Shown here in pieces: positions 1 to 4,657 of a DNA stretch of 5,005 nucleotides. The notes below the pieces were generated by a model, which ran no database searches, was not told where the DNA came from, and saw nothing but the letters and a program-made list of their open reading frames with translations. This stretch comes from a virus. Position 1 is the first letter of the stretch, and the number at the start of each line of letters is the position of its first letter. The stretch is taken from IMG/VR virus record IMGVR_UViG_3300008807_000633, positions 1 to 5,005 of that record; one strand, given 5' to 3'. The position numbers and the translations under genes were made by a program.

Positions 1-99
1 AGACACCGGCGCAAGCGCGCCGGTTTTGAGGCGCTTTTCAAGCGCGGGGCGAAGTGCCATATAAACCAGCGCCTTCAGTTCATCATCCAGAATGATGTC
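1..99. repeat. Terminal redundancy, copy 1 (identical to 4907-5005)
   Basis: I compared the two copies block by block and found every base of 1-99 equal to 4907-5005. The repeat lies inside a coding region (the 145-aa ORF), which is what a linearised circle would produce. Confidence 0.95.
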
Positions 100-189
100 A
101 CCATTAATCGTGACGATTGTTGCCATGGTAGAAAGCTGCTTGTGCAGCTCCATCATTTTGTAACTCAGATCAAGTTTTGAAGCTTTCAT
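1..189 (-). CDS. Hypothetical acidic protein, 5' part (first 63 codons) of a 145-aa ORF that continues across the circular junction into 4906->4658
   Basis: ATG at 189-187. It is preceded by AAGGAGGTG (202-194) and by an in-frame TAA (192-190), so no upstream extension is possible. My hand translation is MKASKLDLSYKMMELHKQLSTMATIVTINGDIILDDELKALVYMALRPALEKRLKTGALAPVS..., and the frame is open to base 1. The ORF track shows only the internal Met (4966) because the window cuts the gene. Confidence 0.8.
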   Translation of the reverse strand, partial: MKASKLDLSYKMMELHKQLSTMATIVTINGDIILDDELKALVYMALRPALEKRLKTGALAPVS

Positions 190-215
190 TTAGCACCTCC
201 TTTTGGTGTGAATTA

Positions 216-255
216 ATTATAGCGCTGCACTAAAGTTTTGTGCAAGCTTTTTTTT
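216..255 (-). promoter_or_regulatory. Sigma70-type promoter with an upstream A-tract, driving the 145-aa ORF and probably the whole genome-length transcript
   Basis: The minus strand reads AAAAAAAA(255-248)GC-TTGCAC(245-240)-18 nt-TATAAT(221-216). The SD follows about 14 nt downstream and the ATG is at 189. The -10 is a perfect consensus and the -35 matches TTGACA at 5/6. The A8 tract sits where an UP-element proximal subsite would lie. Confidence 0.65.
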
Positions 256-286
256 CACCAAAAGATTAAAAGATTTTAAAGCATTT

Positions 287-338
287 GGGCGTTGCCCTTC
301 GGGCCGAGCTGAAGCCCTAACGCTCTTGCCCTCCGGGC
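287..338. repeat. Two copies of a short GC hairpin motif, TTGCCCT(T/C)CGGGC, within a larger foldable segment
   Basis: TTGCCCTTCGGGC at 292-304 and TTGCCCTCCGGGC at 326-338 lie 34 nt apart. Each folds as a GCCC/GGGC stem. In addition, 287-293 (GGGCGTT) can pair with 319-325 (AACGCTC), enclosing the first hairpin. GGGC 301-304 and GCCC 314-317 offer a competing stem. Confidence 0.6.
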
Positions 339-349
339 GCTGCTTCGCC

Positions 350-389
350 TTTTCAAAAGCGAAACAAAAACACGTTTCACTTTTGAAAA
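350..389. repeat. 10-bp inverted repeat, TTTTCAAAAG ... CTTTTGAAAA, separated by 20 nt
   Basis: 350-359 is the exact reverse complement of 380-389. The repeat lies in the spacer between terminator and promoter. Confidence 0.6.
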
Positions 390-412
390 TTCCCCTTTAA
401 ACACCAGACAAC

Positions 413-439
413 AAAAAAGGGCGGTAAACGCCCTTTTTT
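413..439 (-). terminator. Rho-independent (symmetrical, potentially bidirectional) terminator downstream of VP3
   Basis: The plus strand reads AAAAAA(413-418) GGGCG(419-423) GTAAA CGCCC(429-433) TTTTTT(434-439). On the coding strand this is a GC stem followed by a U6 tract, about 90 nt after the VP3 stop codon. Confidence 0.7.
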
Positions 440-449
440 GAATTTTGAA

Positions 450-491
450 GCCGCAAGCGGCTATAAGTTGCGCGACCGCCGCAAGCGGCTA
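450..491. repeat. Direct repeat (2 x 14 nt, GCCGCAAGCGGCTA), each copy containing a 4-bp-stem tetraloop hairpin
   Basis: 450-463 and 478-491 are identical. Each contains GCCG-CAAG-CGGC, which is GCCG-CTTG-CGGC on the coding strand. The flanks are also similar (GTTGCGCGACC versus ATCGCGCACC), suggesting an imperfect tandem duplication of about 28 nt. Confidence 0.75.
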
Positions 492-503
492 AATCGCGCA
501 CCA

Positions 504-520
504 CGGGGCATCCTGCCCCG
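504..520. other. 7-bp GC-rich hairpin immediately after the VP3 stop codon
   Basis: CGGGGCA (504-510), TCC loop, TGCCCCG (514-520). It lies 11 nt downstream (coding sense) of the VP3 TAA at 533-531. Confidence 0.6.
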
Positions 521-530
521 GCCCCCTGAT

Positions 531-923
531 TTAGCTGCTCGGCTTTGCCTCGACAGCAGAAGCCGGTTGATCAGTAGGAAGTGTTTCAGGCTTCTGTTCA
601 GCCTTCACGCGCGCAGCTTCGAGATAATCCGAGTAGCTGCGCATTGCAACAACCGACTCAGCCACCAGCTCAGTAAGATCACGATTGAGCGCGGACACAT
701 CATCATAAACGCCTTGCTTCATTACCGGAGGTAAAAACCCGGTTTTTTCATAGCGCGCAATGATCTTGTTGATATCACACGCATCCGCATCCGCCTGGAT
801 TGTCTTTGATTCACCAACAGGTTTGGCCTGGACACGCAACCGCTCGCCGGGCTGCATGCAGAACGGAGTTTCGATCAAATGCTCAACATCATGATACCGA
901 TTCATTTCACCATTAATCGACAT
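531..923 (-). CDS. VP3: VP3 internal scaffolding protein (130 aa)
   Basis: ATG at 923-921, 4 nt after the VP2 TGA (930-928), preceded by AAGGTGA. The product is MSINGEMNRYHDVEHLIETPF...ADADACDINKIIARYEKTGFLPPVMKQGVYDDVSALN..., and the CDIN-x5-Y-x-KTG block followed by an acidic/helical C-terminus is the pattern I recall for gokushovirus VP3. TAA stop at 533-531. The 228-aa track ORF is an out-of-frame GTG-started extension over VP2. Confidence 0.8.
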   Translation of the reverse strand: MSINGEMNRYHDVEHLIETPFCMQPGERLRVQAKPVGESKTIQADADACDINKIIARYEKTGFLPPVMKQGVYDDVSALNRDLTELVAESVVAMRSYSDYLEAARVKAEQKPETLPTDQPASAVEAKPSS

Positions 924-927
924 AAAA

Positions 928-1677
928 TCACCTTTTGTGTAAGAACGTTGCAGGACGATCAGCGCCTTTATTCCAGCGCCACAAGTTTTGATACCACTCC
1001 CATGCGCCCTTGGCAGAATTTTTTGCCTCAGCAGCATGATCTGGAAGGCGTTCGACAAAATTCTTAACCGTAGACTTTCCGGACTGAACAGCGCCGGGAA
1101 TTTCTTCGAGCACTTTTTCAACAAACGGTTTTGCTGCCGTATACGCAGCCCTTGTAACCTCCAGCATATCAGCCTCGGCCTTTTGCGCGCGCGACTGCTC
1201 TGACATATAAATTTCACGCTGCAATGACTCGGCTTTCTGCTGATTCATAAGCTCACGCTCGGCTTTCTTGTTTTCCACCTCCTCCACAGATACAGCAGCA
1301 TCCGTAGCAGTTTTGTTAGTCTGAACACGAACCTGATCCTGTTGTTCACGCAACAATTTCAATTCCTCATTAAGCCGAATCTTAGACGTCGCAGCGTTAA
1401 CAGCCTCCGGAACACCAGCATTTTCATTTTGCATAACAGCGCTGGATCCCGCTGGAGACGATGCAGGATTGCCAAGCGCTAAAATACGATTCAACCCAGC
1501 CGCCTTGAGATCAGTAGCCGCTCTACGATAAGCCGTATTCGACATTTCACGCTGAAAATCCATCTGCTCCCGTGCTATAGCAAGATTCGCAGCATTAGCA
1601 TCCTTTTGCCCTTCACGACCAATTAAGCCGCCAACAATGTTGGCGGCAGCTCCAATACCCGCAGAAATGAGACTCAT
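928..1677 (-). CDS. VP2: VP2 minor capsid / DNA pilot protein (249 aa)
   Basis: ATG at 1677-1675 with GAGG (1686-1683) 5 nt upstream, directly after the VP1 TGA (1687-1685). There is a Gly/Ala-rich hydrophobic N-terminus (MSLISAGIGAAANIVGGLIG), then REQMDFQREMSNTAYRRAATDLKAAGLNRILALG, matching the conserved VP2 core motif (SNTAYQR...D.KAAGLNP) as I recall it. A long coiled-coil-like E/K/Q-rich segment follows. The track start at 1737 is a GTG inside VP1. Confidence 0.85.
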   Translation of the reverse strand: MSLISAGIGAAANIVGGLIGREGQKDANAANLAIAREQMDFQREMSNTAYRRAATDLKAAGLNRILALGNPASSPAGSSAVMQNENAGVPEAVNAATSKIRLNEELKLLREQQDQVRVQTNKTATDAAVSVEEVENKKAERELMNQQKAESLQREIYMSEQSRAQKAEADMLEVTRAAYTAAKPFVEKVLEEIPGAVQSGKSTVKNFVERLPDHAAEAKNSAKGAWEWYQNLWRWNKGADRPATFLHKR

Positions 1678-1684
1678 AGAAACC

Positions 1685-3304
1685 TCAGAAATGATCAATA
1701 AGCCCTGGAACAGAATAAACAGGCATGGGACGATCACACTTCAGATCAAACCAGGCATCACACAAGAAATGTGGCTCAGCAGGCACGGCAATGCAACGAT
1801 CAATAGGCGGATTGTCCTCAATAAACGACTCATTAAGAACAGGCGCCGCCGAAAAATCCTGGGCACAATGCCAGACGTCCAGGCTAGACGCTACATCGGA
1901 GTTAAACATGCCTGTAATACGCGACGGTTTGTAACGATATTCCGCGTAACGTTCCTGGTAACCGAAAACCGTCTCATCGCCGGCCGGAACACCGGTAATA
2001 AAAATTTCCCGACGCAACACAGTTTGCTCGCCAAGATGCACTAGGGCTGGCCAATAAAAATCGTAACGCGTACGGCGAAACCAAAAACGCTCAACACCCT
2101 GCTGATAAGTAAGATCGGCGCGAGCAGAAACCAACCCGATAATAACACCGTGTTCCTCGAAAGACTTCTGAAAACCACCGTTATTGACGCCAGTACCAAA
2201 AGCAGCAAGGTTTCCTTGAGGTGTAGTACCAGTAATAGCAGTTTGAGGAACGCTGTTGATATTCACGCGCGTAGTTCCACCACCCAAATATTCAGGACGC
2301 TGCAACCGAGCGTCAGAAGACGACACACCGAAATGAGCCAATATAATCTCGGTGTAACGGGTACCACCACGAGCATCACGCTCCAACAACCGCTGGATCT
2401 GAAACGCAGTGCGCAACGAATTAATATCAATAGACGACGCTGAAGACAAATCAGCGTAAAGGTTAGAAGGATAAACTTGAGCAGTACCAGCTCCAGGCGC
2501 AGTACCAGAAATAGAAGTGCCAAATGACGGAGATGCATTTGATCCAAGCATGCCGGCTACAGCATTCGAACCATCTGACGCATTATTCCAGAACAGAGTG
2601 CTACGCGCACCAGAAACAGTATCACTCGAGGAAGTGAGAACAGGAGCCTGACTACCAATAGGTACAACCACCGGCGAGCCTTTCTGCGCCCAAGGCAAAC
2701 ATGACGTAAAATAATCATGACGTTTACCACGACGCCGCAAAACATAGTTCGCAAGAACGTCAGGACCATCACCAGTATTAACCACAAGCGAATTAACCAG
2801 GTTTTGGTCTCGATACCACTCGTTGTAAATCAGATTGTACGCACGAAACGGCAGAGCGTTAACGTTAACAACGGTCGCGCTAGCGCGAGTCGGGATACCG
2901 AAATAGCAAGCCAAATGATCAGCCGCTAAATTCAGCGGCACAGGAACCGTAGGAATAGTGAAAACGGTAGAATCACCTGGATTAGTCTGTTCTCCATTAA
3001 ACTTTTTCCAGTTGCTCCACAACAGGCGGTAAGGGACAAACCAAAAATGGGAATCCAGGTAAATGTTATCCATAATCGGCTTGATCGGAGTAGCAAGCCG
3101 GCAAAAAAACGTCGCCCGCATAGTGAAAGTATCACCAGGCAACACTTCATCAACATAAACCGGCACAAGATAGCCGGCGTCAAACGTAGTCTTGAGACCG
3201 TGCGACCGGTCAAAACGAGAACGGGGAATTTCAGCGCGCGGAACAAAAGAAAAATGTTGCTGAGAATTCATTACAGACGGCTGAACAAACGGTTTATCAA
3301 ACAT
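1685..3304 (-). CDS. VP1: VP1 major capsid protein (F-type jelly roll), 539 aa from ATG 3304 (544 aa if ATG 3319 is used)
   Basis: This is the longest ORF. It carries the hallmark gokushovirus VP1 blocks IPRSRFDRSHGLKTTFDAGYLVPVYVDEVLPGDTF, LDSHFWFVPYRLLW, ARGGTRYTEII..HFGV...DARLQRPEYLGGG and RYDFYWPAL. ATG 3304 has GAGG (3317-3314) 9 nt upstream, whereas ATG 3319 has no SD. A third in-frame ATG at 3271 cannot be excluded. TGA stop at 1687-1685. Confidence 0.95.
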   Translation of the reverse strand: MFDKPFVQPSVMNSQQHFSFVPRAEIPRSRFDRSHGLKTTFDAGYLVPVYVDEVLPGDTFTMRATFFCRLATPIKPIMDNIYLDSHFWFVPYRLLWSNWKKFNGEQTNPGDSTVFTIPTVPVPLNLAADHLACYFGIPTRASATVVNVNALPFRAYNLIYNEWYRDQNLVNSLVVNTGDGPDVLANYVLRRRGKRHDYFTSCLPWAQKGSPVVVPIGSQAPVLTSSSDTVSGARSTLFWNNASDGSNAVAGMLGSNASPSFGTSISGTAPGAGTAQVYPSNLYADLSSASSIDINSLRTAFQIQRLLERDARGGTRYTEIILAHFGVSSSDARLQRPEYLGGGTTRVNINSVPQTAITGTTPQGNLAAFGTGVNNGGFQKSFEEHGVIIGLVSARADLTYQQGVERFWFRRTRYDFYWPALVHLGEQTVLRREIFITGVPAGDETVFGYQERYAEYRYKPSRITGMFNSDVASSLDVWHCAQDFSAAPVLNESFIEDNPPIDRCIAVPAEPHFLCDAWFDLKCDRPMPVYSVPGLIDHF

Positions 3305-3635
3305 TGGCCTGGACCTCATCGGAAGAAATTTGATCTTTCACGGAATCGTCATGCTCAGCGACAAACTGAATAAATTTCGGCAACTCGACAATGGGCAATC
3401 TTGAACAAATAATGACAGTTGACCCATCTTTGGGAACCTCTTGCGTTAAAACCAAAACACAATGATCATCCGGATTGGCACCCTCAGCAGAAAACGCACG
3501 CTGAAGCAATGACACTAAAAACGGGGGAGTACCCGACAGTGGTTCGGAGCGCTCTCCAGTAGTCTTGTGTACCAACTGAACAGTCATGTCGTAAGCCAGT
3601 AAATTAAAAACAGGCTGAATCGTCTTTTCGTTCAC
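3297..3635 (-). CDS. VP5: VP5-like small non-structural protein (112 aa), GTG start
   Basis: GTG at 3635-3633 overlaps the VP4 TGA (GTGA) and follows a strong SD, AAGGAGA (3649-3643). The gene sits between VP4 and VP1, as ORF5/VP5 does in gokushoviruses. There is a loose match to the VP5 pattern PPF...A.R.F....P(E/D)D(Y/H).L (here TPPFLVSLLQRAFSAEGANPDDHCVLVL). The coding call is solid, but the family call is weaker. Confidence 0.7.
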   Translation of the reverse strand: MNEKTIQPVFNLLAYDMTVQLVHKTTGERSEPLSGTPPFLVSLLQRAFSAEGANPDDHCVLVLTQEVPKDGSTVIICSRLPIVELPKFIQFVAEHDDSVKDQISSDEVQANV

Positions 3636-4486
3636 TTTATTTTCTCCTTAAGTTTGCGCTCATATAGGCGCTGTTTGAGGTAGACCTCCTTAGCGGCGGC
3701 CTCCCGGTAAATTTCAAAAAAACCCTGCTCCCGTAGCCGCTTCTCAACCTTAGCCTTGCGCATCTGTTTAACGTGGAACAATTCATACTCCATCCAAGAT
3801 AAATAACGAGGTGGCACAGCTTCCTCTTTGCCCTCGATAACGACGAAACCATTATTAGCCACATCTTTCCAATATTTCTGAATCCAACGGTAGCCAATTC
3901 CACCGTCTGGACGACGACCGCGTGACATGAGGCAAAATGTATCCGCGTCGCCTATCTTTTTATTAACATATCCGGCGACGTAACAGCAGGACGCCATAGT
4001 AACAGGCGCGCATGAAACAAGACCTGCCCCCCACGCTTCCGCAAGCTCAGGGTTACAGAACAGATTTTCGTTAATCTGTATATTTTTATACGACAGGAAA
4101 TCCTGACCAAAAATAAGCGCGTGATAATGCGGACGACGAGTGCTGCCACCATACTCACCACACGCAAAATAGCGGAAATCGTATTCATGACGAAGCCTCT
4201 TGAAAAAATCCTGTAAATGCTTTTTGTGTATTTTTCCGTCGCCAAGATGCTTATCATCCAGCGTCAACGTAAGGAACGCGTTTTGATCATATAAACTGGA
4301 TTCTTGATAACACCGAATAGCCCACATGCGGGACACATCGGCTCTACAGCCGTCGCATTTGCCGCAAGGCACCTGGAGGGCCTGATCGGAAAATCCTTGA
4401 CTCCGGTTAAACACCAAGGAGCGCTTGCCAGTTTCAAGATTAACACGTTTCGCCCTCCAGGCATCTCGCGGGTAAAAGCAGCCCAT
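3632..4486 (-). CDS. VP4: VP4 rolling-circle replication initiator (HUH endonuclease, 284 aa)
   Basis: Motif I is FLTLTL (aa 71-76). Motif II (HUH) is HYHALIF, with CAT TAT CAC at 4129-4121. Motif III is YVAGYVNKK, with two catalytic-type tyrosines (Y169 at 3982-3980, Y173 at 3970-3968), as in phiX174 protein A (YVAKYVNK). The N-terminal CGKCDGC cysteine cluster is typical of gokushovirus VP4. The ATG at 4486-4484 overlaps the upstream stop as TAATG, and GGAGGT lies at 4503-4498. Confidence 0.93.
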   Translation of the reverse strand: MGCFYPRDAWRAKRVNLETGKRSLVFNRSQGFSDQALQVPCGKCDGCRADVSRMWAIRCYQESSLYDQNAFLTLTLDDKHLGDGKIHKKHLQDFFKRLRHEYDFRYFACGEYGGSTRRPHYHALIFGQDFLSYKNIQINENLFCNPELAEAWGAGLVSCAPVTMASCCYVAGYVNKKIGDADTFCLMSRGRRPDGGIGYRWIQKYWKDVANNGFVVIEGKEEAVPPRYLSWMEYELFHVKQMRKAKVEKRLREQGFFEIYREAAAKEVYLKQRLYERKLKEKIK

Positions 4487-4587
4487 TAGAACCGAATACC
4501 TCCACGGAAAGGCATATAACGATTGCTGCGGTGCGAGCGCGTTGCGCTCCGTGTGAAATTGCCATTACCAGTCGGTTTGCGTTTCAT
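4486..4587 (-). CDS. Small Arg/Lys-rich DNA-binding/packaging protein (33 aa; ORF8/VP8-like, functional analogue of phiX174 J)
   Basis: This ORF is too short for the ORF track, so I translated it by hand: ATG 4587-4585, MKRKPTGNGNFTRSATRSHRSNRYMPFRGGIRF, TAA 4488-4486. GGAGGTG (4598-4592) lies 4 nt upstream. There are 9 K/R residues and no acidic residue. The C-terminal P.RGGIR(F/L) ending and the position just upstream of VP4 match the small basic protein of gokushoviruses as I recall it. Confidence 0.75.
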   Translation of the reverse strand: MKRKPTGNGNFTRSATRSHRSNRYMPFRGGIRF

Positions 4588-4614
4588 TTGACACCTCCAA
4601 AAGTGTCGTTGTCA

Positions 4615-4651
4615 GTGAGACGAGAAGGATCAAGTGCCGTTCTCGTCTCAC
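4615..4651 (-). promoter_or_regulatory. Perfect 12-bp stem-loop between the 145-aa ORF and the small basic gene; function unknown (candidate replication-origin hairpin, attenuator or mRNA-stability element)
   Basis: GTGAGACGAGAA (4615-4626) is the exact reverse complement of TTCTCGTCTCAC (4640-4651). The 13-nt loop on the coding strand reads CGGCACTTGATCC. The hairpin starts 6 nt after the TGA of the 145-aa ORF. No U-tract follows, so it is not a canonical intrinsic terminator. Confidence 0.6.
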
Positions 4652-4657
4652 ACGTTA

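Noticed and set aside
1-99. The terminal repeat as a biological direct terminal repeat, LTR or mobile-element boundary
   Set aside because: It is internal to an ORF that becomes complete only when the ends are joined, and the remaining gene order is that of a circular microvirus. It is most simply an assembly overlap.
276-380. 34-aa basic ORF in the intergenic spacer (GTG 380-378, MKRVFVSLLKRRSSARRARALGLQLGPKGNAQML, TAA 278-276), with AGGGGA 10 nt upstream
   Set aside because: It lies between the terminator and the promoter, so it would not be on the main transcript. It uses a GTG start. Its Arg/Ala/Gly richness is what translating the GC hairpins would give. The region is better explained as structured DNA or RNA. 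It is worth re-examining only if the frame proves conserved.
260-420. tRNA, other small RNA gene or CRISPR-like array in the repeat-rich spacer
   Set aside because: There is no T-loop (GTTCGAATC-like) or cloverleaf arrangement. The repeats are only two copies each, with dissimilar short spacers, and no cas genes could fit in this genome.
464-514. 16-codon ORF, MPRGARFSRLRRSRNL (ATG 514-512, TAG 466-464), downstream of VP3
   Set aside because: The ATG sits in the 504-520 hairpin (its A at 514 is stem-paired with 510, and TG lies in the loop), and the reading frame simply runs through the repeated GC hairpins. It is too short and has no proper SD.
190-530. dif-like XerC/XerD site or other attachment site that would indicate a temperate (integrating) gokushovirus
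   Set aside because: I looked for the conserved XerD arm TTATGTTAAAT (and its complement) and for a dif-like palindromic arm arrangement. Nothing in the intergenic region resembles it. The closest string, ATATGTTAATA (3961-3971, coding strand), lies inside VP4 and matches only about 8 of 11 positions. There is no integrase gene.
531-1217. 228-aa minus-strand ORF from the track, taken at face value as one gene
   Set aside because: Its first 98 codons start at a GTG (1217-1215) and lie out of frame over the 3' part of VP2. The VP3-like sequence begins only at the internal ATG 923, which sits 4 nt after the VP2 stop and has its own SD. I therefore call VP3 as 531-923.
1678-1737. 20-codon N-terminal extension of VP2 (track start 1737, MIVPCLFILFQGLLIISEVS)
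   Set aside because: It starts at GTG, overlaps the VP1 C-terminus, and has no SD. ATG 1677 lies directly after the VP1 stop with GAGG 5 nt upstream, and it begins the Gly/Ala-rich N-terminus expected for VP2.
3103-3109. T7 run on the coding strand within VP1 (ACG TTT TTT TGC) as a programmed frameshift or slippage site
   Set aside because: The run is not in the X_XXY_YYZ register relative to the VP1 frame, I saw no downstream structure, and the VP1 protein continues with conserved sequence in the zero frame.
3637-4464. Out-of-frame minus-strand ORFs inside VP4 (3637-3903, 3952-4257, 4264-4464) as possible overlapping genes analogous to phiX174 A*/B/K
   Set aside because: 3637-3903 starts at GTG. 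The two with ATG starts (4257, 4464) have no SD-like motif upstream. Their sequences are Arg/Leu/Ser-rich in the way off-frame translations usually are. Conservation cannot be tested here.
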